A DNA stretch of 64,000 bases from Spirulina sp. (GCA_044070495.1 JBIPSI010000018.1:48120-112119); one strand, 5' to 3'. Positions 10,189-21,437 are shown, counted from the first letter of the stretch. Made by a program: numbers and translations. Notes: generated from the sequence alone by a model not told the origin.

Positions 10189-10383
10189 AAAAACCTCCTT
10201 CTACTCCCCCGTAACGAGGAGCGACTCTGGTGATAAATGAGCATGAAAACGTTGAAGAAAGTAAGGGTGAAGGGCCTCACCCCTACAGCACAGGTGTGAT
10301 GAAGGAACCCGCTGACAGGCGGTTCAGCAAGAACCACCCTCGAACCGGAGTTGCCAGGTGGTCGCGAACCTGTAGCGCCCTAC

Positions 10384-10399
10384 ATAGAGCTAGGTCTAT
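10384..10399. promoter_or_regulatory. Putative NdhR/CcmR operator ATAG-N8-CTAT upstream of sbtA
   Basis: ATAG-AGCTAGGT-CTAT matches the known CcmR/NdhR motif; sbtAB is a known member of that regulon. Confidence 0.65.
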
Positions 10400-10937
10400 C
10401 GATTCCTGAATCCCTATGTGCTTAAGTCTATCCCTAAAACCCAGATTCTTTTCGCTTAGATCCGCCGACTTTGAAACGCAATGTCAAATCTGAACCATAA
10501 GTTTTTCTTTTTACTGGCAATCGTTGGCATATTCTTGGCTAATGTAAATTACTGCCCTAGAGTTTTATCAATGCTCTATGGCGTCTTATCAATACCTGGC
10601 TGTGGGTGGATACAGATAGCTGATTGCCCGACACACCTTCAAAGTCTGATTGACGGACAAAACTTGCTAGAACCCAGAATCATCAAAGGGTCAGGAGACC
10701 TGACCCCTACATTATCCCAACGCTTTAGGGGCGAGGTTTTCTCGCCCGGTGCAGAATCTTGGGTCAGTCAACCAGCTCCAAAGTAGTGGCGCGTCAGGTC
10801 TAAAATGTTCGGTCGCTCAAGTCGGCCAGGCTGTTCCAACCCTATCTAGGGGTAATCTGGGCAGGCTAACCCTTTGAACCATGACCTGTCCTCACCCTTT
10901 AACCTCAGGGTTAGCAACAGGCGAAGCCATGGCGGGA

Positions 10938-11192
10938 TTAATCAACCCACATTTCGGGGGGTGTGGTGGCCGGAACGTAGGGGGCTGGTGGGCTAGCTTG
11001 GGCCAGGTTAAACCACCCTATCGCCAGTACTAAGCCAAACCCACAGCCCACCAAAAAGGTCCAGGCGTGGGACGCCTCCAGGACGCAAAGCAGGCGACGG
11101 TCGCCGCTATAGACCTGGACAAGCCAGCCTTCCTGGGTATTATCGAACCGGGTTCGCAGTTTAGAGGAGTCAAACTTGTTCATGGTGTTCAC
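10938..11192 (-). CDS. Small hypothetical membrane protein (one TM helix)
   Basis: Soluble N-terminal part (WLVQVY..DRRLLC), hydrophobic 20-mer, Pro-rich tail. Confidence 0.55.
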   Translation of the reverse strand: MNTMNKFDSSKLRTRFDNTQEGWLVQVYSGDRRLLCVLEASHAWTFLVGCGFGLVLAIGWFNLAQASPPAPYVPATTPPEMWVD

Positions 11193-11626
11193 GCAATGTT
11201 GATCGAATGGGTGTGGCGATAGCGAGGTAGAACCCGACCATGTAGATCCGCCACGATGGAAAAACCTGTCAGCCCTTCACCGGTTCAGGACGATCCTCCC
11301 AAGGCTCAAGACAGGTACAGGAGATCGCAAAAACTCTGTAGGGCGGGCATTCTGCCTGCCATAGCAACAGCCAAGAGGGCTGCCCTACCTTAGAACGACG
11401 ATCTACTGAGGATGAATCGAACCTAACGTTGGGTTAATTGAGTTGGATGGATAGCTGCCAAACGAAAGATAGAAATCTATGCTTTCGGCTTGAACGATAT
11501 TTCTAAGTTTATACCTGGAGTCTTGGTAGCGACCAGGATCTACATCGGTTCACCCTCAATAATTATTTGAACCGATTCATAAGCTGTGCTTTTGAGAGGG
11601 TGATGGTCAGAGGGGTTAGGGTCGCG

Positions 11627-12559
11627 TCAATCACCAGCGTCTATGCTGGCGGGAGTTTCTTGGCTAGAGCCAAGGTGATTGGCCATGTCTTCCTTGAGTT
11701 GGGAGAGTGCCTGCCAGAGATCGGTGCGATGCAGCCAGCCGACATATCCCGCGTAGAGACAAGCGCCACTGGGGGCGATCACAAAAACGTGATCAATGCC
11801 CAGGGGATGCCGCCATACCCGGATCACGGACTGATCCTCTAGGGTCAGAAAGGGTTCCGATTGGGGCAGGTCGCGGGGGTGGGCATCGGTCATGCCGGGG
11901 ATAGCCCGCAGTTGTTCAATCACCGGGTGCTGGGTGAGGGGTTCGCTGAGGTCTTCCCCTGCCCAAAATTGGCGAATGGTTTCTACGACCCAGGGATGGT
12001 TACGCATGGCGGCATGGCTGAGGCCCTCCATCGCCACAAACTGGGCGTGGGGAACCTTGGTGCTTTCCACCGGAATGGTGCCGTCGCTGCCCCTGTCCAC
12101 ATCCCCCGCAATCACCAGGGTTTTGATCTGTTGGGCAAGGGTGCTAGCCATGGTTCGGCGGTCTTGGCCTAGGTCGGCGGCAATGCCCACCCCCATCTGC
12201 AAGGGGTCGATGATCCGGCCCAAATCGGCCCCGCCCACCGGAGAGGCCACCAACACCAGGGAATGGACCTGCGGCCACCAGTCGGGATGGCGGGTCAACA
12301 CCTCCAGCCAAATTAGCCCGCCCATGGAATGGCCAATAATTCGCAGGGGCGCGTCTGGGTAGGTTTTCACCGCCTCCGTGGCAAGGCGTTCCACATCCTC
12401 AACGAGGGGAGCCATCCGCAGCCAGGTCATGGCATAGTTCAGGCTGGGGGCAATGATGTGGGTCTGCTCCGTGGCCAACTGCTGGGCCAGGGCAACCATG
12501 TGTTGGTTATTGTCGGCCCAGCCATGTTGGGCAAAGAGAAGATAATCTGGCGACATCAC
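11627..12559 (-). CDS. Alpha/beta hydrolase (lipase/esterase-like) with extra C-terminal domain
   Basis: QHGW oxyanion motif, GHSMGG nucleophile elbow, SDGTIP, LSH. Confidence 0.85.
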   Translation of the reverse strand: MMSPDYLLFAQHGWADNNQHMVALAQQLATEQTHIIAPSLNYAMTWLRMAPLVEDVERLATEAVKTYPDAPLRIIGHSMGGLIWLEVLTRHPDWWPQVHSLVLVASPVGGADLGRIIDPLQMGVGIAADLGQDRRTMASTLAQQIKTLVIAGDVDRGSDGTIPVESTKVPHAQFVAMEGLSHAAMRNHPWVVETIRQFWAGEDLSEPLTQHPVIEQLRAIPGMTDAHPRDLPQSEPFLTLEDQSVIRVWRHPLGIDHVFVIAPSGACLYAGYVGWLHRTDLWQALSQLKEDMANHLGSSQETPASIDAGD

Positions 12560-12750
12560 CGATTCCTAATGACTGATTCCTAAAACCTCGAAGACCAAGG
12601 CATTGGCGCGGATGGCCATGTGGGCAACCCTGGTATCGACCGATCCTAGTGCCTCATTGTCCTGCGAGTTGGTTGAATAGGCGAGTTTATGGATTGGATG
12701 AGACGACTACATAGGATGTTAGTGACCTGATTGCAGAATATTCCATCGCC

Positions 12751-13218
12751 ATGACTCGCTTCACCACCCTTCGTCAGTTTTTGCCCATTTCAGACACCCT
12801 CGCCACCGCCGGACAGCCTACCGAAGCAGAATTTGCGGCCATTGCCCAGTCGGGCTACAAGGTTGTCATTAACCTGGCCCTGCCCACCTCTGATCATGCT
12901 TTGCCCGATGAACAGGCTACGGTGGAGTCTTTCGGGATGACCTATGTGTCGATTCCGGTGGTGTGGGAAAACCCCACGCTGGCGGATTTAGATCAGTTTT
13001 TTCAGGCGATGGATGCCCATCAGGAACACAAAATCTTCGTCCATTGCGCCCTGAATATGCGGGTTTCGGTGTTTGTCTACCTCTACCGGATACTGAGGCT
13101 GGAGATTGATCCCGCCATGGCCCAGCGAGAGTTGTTCGCCGTCTGGCAACCCAATGACCGCTGGCAACGGTTTATCGACGAGGCCATGGCATCTCACTCC
13201 AACCCTTCCCATCCCTAA
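12751..13218 (+). CDS. Protein-tyrosine-phosphatase-fold protein (DUF442/Blh-like)
   Basis: TAGQP, VINL, IPV, VHCALNMR (HCx4R-like). Confidence 0.8.
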   Translation: MTRFTTLRQFLPISDTLATAGQPTEAEFAAIAQSGYKVVINLALPTSDHALPDEQATVESFGMTYVSIPVVWENPTLADLDQFFQAMDAHQEHKIFVHCALNMRVSVFVYLYRILRLEIDPAMAQRELFAVWQPNDRWQRFIDEAMASHSNPSHP

Positions 13219-13397
13219 ACCGATGGTCATAAAACACGAGAGGGGTTAGCCGTAGCCAACCCCTCTGATGGTGATTTGTTACCGGTTATTGGTTGGTGGC
13301 GATTCAGTGTGAGGGGCCAGATGATCGGTAACTAAGTCGTAGACGACTAGAGGCCGACCCATTTCACCCAACACCGACACCATCCACCAGTAAAGAC

Positions 13398-14903
13398 CTA
13401 CATCACTCCGGTCATGTCGGTGGTGTCCTTCAGGAAACCGCTGTAGGCTTCCATGCCGTGTTCGCCGATATCCAGGCCCTTCATCTCCTCTTCAGCGGAA
13501 ACGCGGATACCCAGGGTGGACTTCAGCACCATCCAGAAGATGGTAGTGGCCACCACGGTGAACAGACCCACGGACAGAACCCCAAGGATTTGCGCCCCCA
13601 GTTGGCCCAGGCCACCGCCGTAGAACAGGCCATTGATGGCATCTTCGGCACCGCCCTGGGTGAAGTTGTTGGCGTTGGCAAACAAGCCCACAGCCAGGGT
13701 GCCCCAGATGCCACAAACCAAGTGGACGGAGGTCGCGCCCACGGGGTCATCAATTTTGATGCTGTCGAAGAAGCCGACGGAGAACACCACGATGATGCCC
13801 GCAATCAGTCCAATCCAGAAGGCTCCGGCATAGCCCACCACATAGCAGCCAGCGGTGACACCCACCAGACCAGCCAAGATGCCGTTGATGCTCATGGACA
13901 GGTCGGGCTTGCCGCTGAGCGCCCAGGAGGTAAAGGTGGCCGCCATGCCGCCTGCTGCCGCCGCAATGTTGGTAGTGACAGCGATGTAGGGCACAGCTAG
14001 GTCAGCCGCCAGTTGAGAACCGGGGTTGAAGCCGAACCAGCCTAGCCACAGAATCAAACAGCCCAGGGTAGCGATACTGAGGTTGTGGCCGGGGAGAGCG
14101 CTCACCTGGCCTTCGGAGGTGTATTTACCCATGCGGGGGCCAAGCAGAGCGGCACCCATGAGGGCAGCCCAGCCACCGACGGAGTGCACGATAGTAGAAC
14201 CGGCAAAGTCGTGGAAACCCTGCTCGGCTAGCCAGCCACCACCCCAGAGCCAGTGGCCTGTAATGGGGTAGGCAATGGCGGTGAGCAGAATGCTAAAAAT
14301 CACGAAGTCGAGGAACTTCACCCGCTCGGCTACCGCACCCGACACGATGGTGGCGGCGGTACCCGCAAAGGCCGCTTGGAACAGGAAGAAGGTGTCCTTG
14401 GTGAGGCCGCCATCGGAGGACAGACCATAGTTTTCGGCGGGGCCACCGAGGAAGATGCCACCCCAGCCAATCCAGCCGTTGCCAGCCAGTCCACCAAACA
14501 TCAGCGAGAAGCCGATGAACCAGAAGGAGAGGGTGGCGAGGGCAAACACCAGCAGGTTTTTGGTGAGAATATTCACCGCGTTCTTTTGGCGACAGAACCC
14601 GGTTTCTACCATGGCGAATCCGGCGTTCATGAAAATCACCAGGAAGGCGGCAATCAGAACCCAGATGTTGTCTAGGACGGTTTGCACATCCGCCGCCGAT
14701 AGCTCATCTTGGGCGTGGGCGGCCATGCCCCAAGTAACGACAATCCCGATGGCGAGAGGAATACAGGCAAGACCAGCCCAGCTTCCAACCCGACCAAAGA
14801 TCCGCTTTGCCGCTTGGTCAAAGGGCGGCACACTGGCGCTCCAGAAGGACGGCTTCGACCGCCTCCGGAACTTAGAACGATTTTTCAACATTAAGTTAGA
14901 CAT
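13398..14903 (-). CDS. amt: Ammonium transporter
   Basis: [63 protein letters not shown]; start set at ATG 14903 after GAAGGA. Confidence 0.96.
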   Translation of the reverse strand: MSNLMLKNRSKFRRRSKPSFWSASVPPFDQAAKRIFGRVGSWAGLACIPLAIGIVVTWGMAAHAQDELSAADVQTVLDNIWVLIAAFLVIFMNAGFAMVETGFCRQKNAVNILTKNLLVFALATLSFWFIGFSLMFGGLAGNGWIGWGGIFLGGPAENYGLSSDGGLTKDTFFLFQAAFAGTAATIVSGAVAERVKFLDFVIFSILLTAIAYPITGHWLWGGGWLAEQGFHDFAGSTIVHSVGGWAALMGAALLGPRMGKYTSEGQVSALPGHNLSIATLGCLILWLGWFGFNPGSQLAADLAVPYIAVTTNIAAAAGGMAATFTSWALSGKPDLSMSINGILAGLVGVTAGCYVVGYAGAFWIGLIAGIIVVFSVGFFDSIKIDDPVGATSVHLVCGIWGTLAVGLFANANNFTQGGAEDAINGLFYGGGLGQLGAQILGVLSVGLFTVVATTIFWMVLKSTLGIRVSAEEEMKGLDIGEHGMEAYSGFLKDTTDMTGVM

Positions 14904-15209
14904 CTTGACAGACGTTCCTTCAACACAATCAGACAGCAAACACGGCCTATCTGCCAAACAATCCAGCGAGAGCCAGACAGCGGCGCAGCAGACTTGGTAG
15001 GGGAGCCAACCAGCTACGGTTTAGTTAGCCTATGAACCAAGATGAGACAGGTCAAAACAGCCCCCAGGTCGGCCAAGACCAACCCTGGGAAGCCCACGCC
15101 CCATGGTTTGTTAACTAAAGCACCGTCAGCAAAAACGAATTGGCATCGCTGCAACGTTACCGTAGCTTTACAGAACAAAATGATTCCATCAATTCTGAGG
15201 CCGTCAATC

Positions 15210-15225
15210 TGTATCAGGAAATACA
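15210..15225. promoter_or_regulatory. NtcA box upstream of amt (activating geometry)
   Basis: TGTA-TCAGGAAA-TACA; on the minus strand a -10-like TGGAAT lies 22 nt downstream. Confidence 0.8.
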
Positions 15226-15351
15226 TAACGCCCCAAAACGGCAGGAAAGCCCCGATTTCTGAGGGCTAGACTTGGGATTAACGCGCCTGTAAATGAAGAA
15301 ACGCGCAAAAAGGCTAGATAGTACACGCGGTGCCCTGGGCTGGTCTTGCCT

Positions 15352-15891
15352 CTAGGCCTTGCCCATGTTCTGAAGGTATTTTTGGCTACCGAGGGTCTCT
15401 AGTTGGGCCTGCTTCGCTAGAACTTCGGCCTCTAAGTTGCGGCGATATTCGGCCACCCGATCCAGCAGGGCAGGGCGATCACAGGCCAAAATTTGCACCG
15501 CCAACAGCCCCGCGTTTTTGGCATTGCCAATGGCCACCGTTGCCACCGGAATTCCCCCCGGCATTTGTACAATGCTGTAGAGGGAATCTAGCCCCTGCAT
15601 GGTGCGACTGACCACGGGCACCCCCACCACGGGCAAGGGCGTGAGGGCAGCCACCATCCCCGGCAAATGGGCCGCCCCCCCGGCTCCGGCGATAATCACC
15701 TTCAGCCCCCGTTCCCGTGCTGTTTGGGCATACTGCACCATGCGCTCTGGGGTGCGGTGGGCCGACACAATCGCTACTTCATACGCCACCCCAAAGGCTT
15801 CGCAGACCTCCACCGCCGCCTGCATGGTGGGCAAATCCGAATCGCTGCCCATGATGATGCCAATTTCCGGTGTTGTCGTCGCTGTCGTCAT
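15352..15891 (-). CDS. purE: N5-carboxyaminoimidazole ribonucleotide mutase
   Basis: [40 protein letters not shown]. Confidence 0.97.
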   Translation of the reverse strand: MTTATTTPEIGIIMGSDSDLPTMQAAVEVCEAFGVAYEVAIVSAHRTPERMVQYAQTARERGLKVIIAGAGGAAHLPGMVAALTPLPVVGVPVVSRTMQGLDSLYSIVQMPGGIPVATVAIGNAKNAGLLAVQILACDRPALLDRVAEYRRNLEAEVLAKQAQLETLGSQKYLQNMGKA

Positions 15892-15941
15892 TCGATGGAC
15901 TCCTTAAATATGTATACAGTGTGCAAGATGGGGGCGAGGTG

Positions 15942-16077
15942 TTTAGGGCAAGGCATTTAGGGCAAGGAGACCTTGCCCCTACAATCCGGGAGGCCACCCG
16001 TAGGGGAGAGGTTCCCTCGCCCCACCCTATCCCCGCGCAATCTGGGGGAAACCCGTAGGGGAGAGGCTCCCTCGCCC
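15942..16077. repeat. GTAGGGG-family REP-like cluster with a 14-bp duplication
   Basis: TTTAGGGCAAGG x2, AGGGCAAGGAGACCTTGCCCCTAC, GTAGGGGAGAGG(T/C)TCCCTCGCCC x2. Confidence 0.7.
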
Positions 16078-16205
16078 TTCCCCTCGCCCTTCCCCGTTGC
16101 CCAGCACCCGCCCGCCAAAGGTTTCAAATCATGTCGAGGGTGGAAGCCAGTAGCAAAACGTCATAAGATTTTACAGAAGTTATCAACCGCCCCACCCCTG
16201 CCGCC

Positions 16206-16910
16206 ATGACGCTGACCAACGACAAAACCGACGATAAAACCGTAGTCCGCGACTATTTCAACGCCACGGGCTTCGACCGCTGGCGGCGCATCTACGGCGA
16301 TGGCGACGTCAACAAAGTACAGCTCGACATTCGCAAGGGCCACCAAAAAACCGTCGATACCCTGCTGGACTGGCTGAAAGCCGACGGCAACCTCAAAGAC
16401 ATCACCTGCTGCGATGCGGGGTGCGGCGTGGGTAGTCTCTCCATCCCCCTCGCCCAAGAAGGAGCCAAGGTCTACGCCAGCGACATCTCGGCCAAGATGG
16501 TCGAAGAAGCCCAGGAACGGGCACAGGAAGCCCTCAACGGCGAAAATCTGCCTACTTTTGAGGTGAAAGACCTGGAAGAACTATCCGGCAGCTACCACAC
16601 GGTGATTTGCCTAGATGTGCTAATCCACTACCCCAAGGAGCAGGTGGAGGGCATGATTAAGCACCTTAGTTCCCTAGCCGAATCGCGCCTAATCCTCAGC
16701 TTTGCGCCCAAAACCCCCTGTTACACCGTGCTGAAGAAAATTGGCGAATTCTTCCCCGGCCCCAGCAAAACCACCCGCGCCTACCTGCACCGCGAGGCCG
16801 ATATTGTGGCCATCCTAGAGGCTAGCGGCTGGCAAATTGAACGCCGCGCCATGACCAAAACCCAGTTCTACTTCTCTCGAATGCTGGAAGCCGTAAAAGC
16901 TAGCGCCTAG
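16206..16910 (+). CDS. chlM: Magnesium-protoporphyrin IX methyltransferase
   Basis: DYFNATGFDRWRRIYG, DAGCGVGSL, CLDVLIHYP, SFAPKT, FPGPSKTTRAY, FYFSR. Confidence 0.97.
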   Translation: MTLTNDKTDDKTVVRDYFNATGFDRWRRIYGDGDVNKVQLDIRKGHQKTVDTLLDWLKADGNLKDITCCDAGCGVGSLSIPLAQEGAKVYASDISAKMVEEAQERAQEALNGENLPTFEVKDLEELSGSYHTVICLDVLIHYPKEQVEGMIKHLSSLAESRLILSFAPKTPCYTVLKKIGEFFPGPSKTTRAYLHREADIVAILEASGWQIERRAMTKTQFYFSRMLEAVKASA

Positions 16911-17109
16911 CCGTACAACGCCGACTGTTTTTACCCCTGCCGTTGCGTTTCTGCGGTGCTATGGCGCAGGAGATTTCTCCGTCCTAGGTTCAGCCCCAGG
17001 GCAGATGAGGTACCTAGGGGGCTGCTTTAAGCTGACAGGGCATAGGTGCTACCTTGGGTTGATCTATGGCCTGAGTTACAATTCTTTACAGACGTTACGC
17101 ACGGGCATT

Positions 17110-17595
17110 ATGACAGGCAACTTCATCAAGCGCTCCACTCAACGGCGAACCTTCGCTACGGCTTCCCTAGGGGCCATTTTTTTGCTGACTTCAGCGGCGT
17201 GCAGCCCTCAGGGCGGCGACGTTGCAGCTCCTCCCAGTGAAGAGACGACCACCGTTGAAGCGGCAACCGATAGCGATCAACCTGACGGTGATCAATCGAT
17301 GATGTCGATTGCTTTAACGGCGGAAGGGCGCGAATTTTTCCTGGATGGCCAGGGCGACGGCAACCCGGATATTGTGGTGCAGCAGGGTGATGCGGTGGAA
17401 GTGACCCTCTGTGTGACCGGGGGCACCCACGATTGGGTAGTGGATGAATTTGATGCCGCCACCAATGTCATCTCTGTGGGGGATGAGTGCAGCACTGTTG
17501 AATTTGTGGCCGACCAGGTCGGTGAGTTTGAATACTATTGCAGCGTCGGCAACCACCGAGCCGAGGGCATGGTCGGTCGGTTCGTTGTGGAGTAG
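17110..17595 (+). CDS. Cupredoxin (blue copper) domain lipoprotein
   Basis: Lipobox-like LTSAAC; acidic linker; type-1 Cu ligands H (THDW) and YYCSVGNHRAEGM. Confidence 0.8.
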   Translation: MTGNFIKRSTQRRTFATASLGAIFLLTSAACSPQGGDVAAPPSEETTTVEAATDSDQPDGDQSMMSIALTAEGREFFLDGQGDGNPDIVVQQGDAVEVTLCVTGGTHDWVVDEFDAATNVISVGDECSTVEFVADQVGEFEYYCSVGNHRAEGMVGRFVVE

Positions 17596-17777
17596 GCTAT
17601 TCGTCCATTCAGAATGTACGGATGGGTTCGACTCTGTTAATTTTGAGGGGTCGTGGCGGGCAGTGCCCACCCTACCTACTATCCATGGACCTAACGTCCG
17701 TCAGCCTAGTCCTACACACGGTTGCAACTAGGCTGCTAGACGACTCTCGCTAGACGACTCTCCTTGGCCGGATGGCC

Positions 17778-18353
17778 CTAGCGCATGACGGGGGGCTGCC
17801 ACTCGCTGAAGGTTTCGAGGTGCCCCCAATAGGCTAGGTAGCCGATGAAAGCCCAGATCGCTGCCGCCAGTAGCAGCACCACCGCCCCCACGGTACGCCA
17901 GGTTTTGTTGTCTCGGAAATAGACCAGCGTTGGGGCCGCCAACACGCCCCCCAATCCCGTGAGGATGAACCCTAGTCCGGCAATTAGGGGGCGGCGGGTT
18001 TGTTCCAGATCAATAATGCGTGCCCCTACTACAATGGCGGCCAGTCCTGCAAAAAAGGCGTAGACCGTGAGGGTGAGCAAGTCCCAGCCCTGGGCAATGG
18101 CAATCGCCGCCGCCAGGTAAAGCCCGCCAAACAGCACCGTGGTTTCGCCAAAGGAAATATTGAAACTACCGGGAACGGGCCACGTCCACATCATGTGTAG
18201 CCCTGTGGCTAGGGCGATGCCCCCCACCAGGCCAAAGCCGGGAATCCAGCGCTTTAGATTAGCGCCATCCAGGCCGCGATAGACAAAATCCGCTAGCAGC
18301 ACCAACCCCGCCACCATATTGATCAGCATCAGGGTGATGTAGTCGATAAACAT
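17778..18353 (-). CDS. DUF981-like membrane protein
   Basis: MFIDYITLML, TWP.PGSFNI.FGE, about 6 TM segments, C-terminal YWGHL. Confidence 0.7.
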   Translation of the reverse strand: MFIDYITLMLINMVAGLVLLADFVYRGLDGANLKRWIPGFGLVGGIALATGLHMMWTWPVPGSFNISFGETTVLFGGLYLAAAIAIAQGWDLLTLTVYAFFAGLAAIVVGARIIDLEQTRRPLIAGLGFILTGLGGVLAAPTLVYFRDNKTWRTVGAVVLLLAAAIWAFIGYLAYWGHLETFSEWQPPVMR

Positions 18354-18439
18354 AGGGCTTTTCTCCAGTTTGCTAAAACCATGGAAAACACCGGGTCAAA
18401 ACCCCGCAATCCGTCAGCATCCTAACAAACTCTCAACCT

Positions 18440-18510
18440 GTACGGGCGCACGGCGGTGCGCCCCAACCTGCTCAATTCTTCGTACGGGCGCACGGCGGTA
18501 GGCCCCAACC
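18440..18510 (+). repeat. Two direct copies of the GTACGGGCGCAC hairpin repeat (42-bp period)
   Basis: GTACGGGCGCACGGCGGT(GC/AG)GCCCCAACC x2. Confidence 0.8.
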
Positions 18511-18563
18511 TTGCCCCGACGGGAACAATCAGAGTATGCTGCGGCCAAAACCGTTGTGTTGCC

Positions 18564-19616
18564 ATGGCTGCTATCCACCCCTCCATTGACTTTCGCTCTG
18601 ATACCGTAACCTGGCCCACCGACGAGATGCGGGCGGCCATGGCGGCGGCTGAGGTGGGCGACGATGTCTATGGCGAAGACCCAACGATATCGGCCCTAGA
18701 AGCCTTGGCGGCGGAAATGCTGGGCAAAGAGGCGGGGCTGTTTGTGACCAGCGGTACCCAGGGCAATTTGATCGCCGCCCTCAGCCATGCCCAACGGGGG
18801 GACGAGGCCATCATGGGAGAAGATGCCCACACCTATTGCTGGGAGGCCGGAGGGATGGCTGTTTTAGGCGGAATCACCCCCCGTCCACTGCCCACCGATA
18901 GCCGGGGACGAATGGATTTGACCCACATTCGCCAAGCCATCCGAGGGGATGATCCCCACCTGCCCACCAGCCGCCTGATTTTGCTGGAAAATAGCTCCGG
19001 CGGCAACCATGGGGCCGCTATCGAGCCAGCCTATTTTGAGGGGGTTCATGCCATTGCACAATCCCACGGACTCAACAGTCACCTCGATGGTGCCCGTCTA
19101 TTCAACGCTACGACGGCCCTGAAATGTGACCCCATCACCATTACCCGATGGGTGGATTCCGTCAGCATTTGCCTGAGTAAAGGGCTGTGTGCCCCCGTGG
19201 GATCGGTGCTGGTGGGCAATCGGGACTTCATCAAAACTGCCCGTCGCAATCGAAAACTGCTGGGGGGCGGCATGCGTCAGGCTGGAGTATTAGCCGCCGC
19301 TGGATTGATTGCCCTCAAAACCATGAGCCAACGGCTCCAATCCGACCACGACAAGGCTCAACAATTAGCTCAGGGATTAGCGACGATTCCTGGCATTGAC
19401 ATCAACCCCGCCCAGGTGGAAACCAACATGGTTTTTTTCGCCCTCGCCGATGATCTATCCCTCTCTCCCACCGACCTGGTGAATCGCCTAAACCAAGACT
19501 ACGGCCTCCACATTGGCGGCTACGATCACCGCACCCTGCGGGCCGTCACCCACTATTGGATTGCGCCAGAACAGGTGGATAACTTGGTGACGGCCATTCG
19601 GGCGATTTGCGGCTAA
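18564..19616 (+). CDS. ltaE: Low-specificity L-threonine aldolase
   Basis: DFRSDTVT, GDDVYGEDP, SGTQGN, HLDGARLFNA, CLSKGL.APVGS, GGGMRQAG; start moved to ATG 18564. Confidence 0.93.
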   Translation: MAAIHPSIDFRSDTVTWPTDEMRAAMAAAEVGDDVYGEDPTISALEALAAEMLGKEAGLFVTSGTQGNLIAALSHAQRGDEAIMGEDAHTYCWEAGGMAVLGGITPRPLPTDSRGRMDLTHIRQAIRGDDPHLPTSRLILLENSSGGNHGAAIEPAYFEGVHAIAQSHGLNSHLDGARLFNATTALKCDPITITRWVDSVSICLSKGLCAPVGSVLVGNRDFIKTARRNRKLLGGGMRQAGVLAAAGLIALKTMSQRLQSDHDKAQQLAQGLATIPGIDINPAQVETNMVFFALADDLSLSPTDLVNRLNQDYGLHIGGYDHRTLRAVTHYWIAPEQVDNLVTAIRAICG

Positions 19617-19736
19617 GGTTAACCTTGAATCCCCATAGCAGCAGATTTATAAGATCGCGACCTGAGGCAACCGCTAGGTCTTGCGAGATAGCACCGCTAT
19701 GATAAAAGGAGCCTATCTGCAACCAGACGTTTGGCC

Positions 19737-20054
19737 ATGACGGCAACCCCAGATCCCAGTAACTTCCAAACCGAATTGTTTGAGCGCTTTGATCGGCTGG
19801 AGCAAAGCTTAAATCAGCGCATTCAGGATCTAGAGCACAATATTCAGGGCCTAGAGCAAAAACTTGATACCGATATTCAGCGTATTGATGAGCGCACCAA
19901 CAAGTGGGAAGAGCGCTTCTTGCAACTGTCCAAAGATAACCTGATGATTTCGCGCACCGTCATTATTGCTGCCGCTACGGTGGTGATTTTCGGCAGCGTG
20001 TTGGATAAAGCCGAAGTGTTGGTGGAAGGCTTTGCTCGACTGGTGGGTAAGTAG
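19737..20054 (+). CDS. Small coiled-coil protein with C-terminal hydrophobic helix
   Basis: Heptad pattern (FDRLEQ..IQDLE..IQGLEQKL) followed by TVIIAAATVVIFG. Confidence 0.65.
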   Translation: MTATPDPSNFQTELFERFDRLEQSLNQRIQDLEHNIQGLEQKLDTDIQRIDERTNKWEERFLQLSKDNLMISRTVIIAAATVVIFGSVLDKAEVLVEGFARLVGK

Positions 20055-20072
20055 CCTTAAAAATTAACTGAT

Positions 20073-20588
20073 TTAGTGAAACCCTAAATCGGTGCTTTTG
20101 CCCGCATGGACGAGGGCGAGTTGGTAATACTTGTGGGCGTGTTCAATCAGGTCAAGGGCTTGGGCTTCGGAAACGTCGCGAATCACCTTGCCGGGAACGC
20201 CCATCACCAGGGAACGGGGGGGAACATCTTTGGTCACAACCGCCCCCGCTCCGATGATGCTGCCGCTGCCGATGCGCACGCCGTTCAACACCACCGCTCC
20301 AATGCCGATCAGGCTACCCGTTTCCACATGGGCGCTATGGATGACGGCCCGATGGCCCACCGTGACGCGATCCGCTAGATAGGTGGGTTGGCCCGGATCG
20401 CCGTGGAGGATGGCCCCATCCTGCACGTTACTGTAGGGGCCGATGGTGATCGACTCCACATCGCCCCGCAGCACCGCTCCATACCAAACACTGCATCCCT
20501 CTTGGAGAATGACCTGGCCGATCACCGTGGCATTGGGGGCCACAAAGGCCGCTTGAGAAGTATCGGGGGTGGGCCAAATTAATGACAT
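20073..20588 (-). CDS. Gamma-class carbonic anhydrase family (hexapeptide repeat) protein
   Basis: [24 protein letters not shown], hexapeptide repeats. Confidence 0.9.
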   Translation of the reverse strand: MSLIWPTPDTSQAAFVAPNATVIGQVILQEGCSVWYGAVLRGDVESITIGPYSNVQDGAILHGDPGQPTYLADRVTVGHRAVIHSAHVETGSLIGIGAVVLNGVRIGSGSIIGAGAVVTKDVPPRSLVMGVPGKVIRDVSEAQALDLIEHAHKYYQLALVHAGKSTDLGFH

Positions 20589-20924
20589 AGATAACCTTTT
20601 GAGGGCTAGAAATCATCAGGACGGTAGGGGATCATCAGGATTCAAAAAATCAATCGTTCCCCCTTCGTCCCGTCGTCAGTAAACCATAGAATCCAGGGTT
20701 CGACGAAGATGGGTAGAGCAGACGGCCTGCCTGCCCTAGAGACAGCCCAAGGATCGTTTTGCCGTAGAGCGGCAATCCGTTGAACGGAATTTTCTCCAGG
20801 GTTTTAGGGAATTTCGGTCGTCCTCGGCCATCCTGATGACAAAGTCCACTGAATCCCAAAGGTATAATACGGCTACAGCATCGTTTTGATTCGCTCCTCA
20901 GAGGAAGTGTCTGGTTTCTGCCCA

Positions 20925-21437
20925 ATGGTTAATTCCGCCCTGCAATACCCCATCTACGGCCCAGAAATCCAGTGTCCTCACTGTCGGCAAACCATCCCGG
21001 CCCTCACCCTGACGGATACTTACCTGTGTACACGCCACGGAGCCTTTGAGGCCAACCCCGACACCAAGGAACTGGTGCATTTGCAATCGGGGCGGCACTG
21101 GCGGCAGTGGGACGGGGAGTGGTATCGCCAACACACCCATCCCGATGGCATTCGCTTTGAAATTCACGAAGCCCTGGATCGTCTCTACACCGAGGGCTAT
21201 CGGGCCACCAGGGTGATCATTGCCGAGCGCTACAAGGACTTGGTAAACGGCTATCTAGAGCGAAATTCGCCCTGGCGAGGGCAGGGGGATGTGACGGCGG
21301 CTCCCAAGCTCTACGGCTTGCCGGTGGAATTTAGCCCCCCCGAATCCGAAGATCCCCAATGGTCGGTGATCAACTTCACCCTAGAAAAGGAGCCAGGGGT
21401 GCCCGTTCGTTATCCCTACTTTCGGCTGTTTGAGTAA
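20925..21437 (+). CDS. TIGR02652 family conserved cyanobacterial protein
   Basis: YPIYGPEIQCPHCRQTIPALTLTDTYLC.RHG, YRQHTHPDGIRFEIHEALDRL, RYPYFRLFE. Confidence 0.85.
   Translation: MVNSALQYPIYGPEIQCPHCRQTIPALTLTDTYLCTRHGAFEANPDTKELVHLQSGRHWRQWDGEWYRQHTHPDGIRFEIHEALDRLYTEGYRATRVIIAERYKDLVNGYLERNSPWRGQGDVTAAPKLYGLPVEFSPPESEDPQWSVINFTLEKEPGVPVRYPYFRLFE

Noticed and set aside
10481..10786. 101-aa ORF upstream of sbtA
   Set aside because: Runs through AT-rich promoter DNA and two REP-like hairpins; not protein-like
18440..18510. Possible mini CRISPR array (two 29-bp direct repeats)
   Set aside because: Only two copies with a 13-bp spacer; the same unit is dispersed elsewhere as a REP-like hairpin
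20759..20775. TTGCCG-N5-CGGCAA palindrome as another copy of the locus operator
   Set aside because: Different spacing and outside the locus; a single occurrence cannot be distinguished from chance
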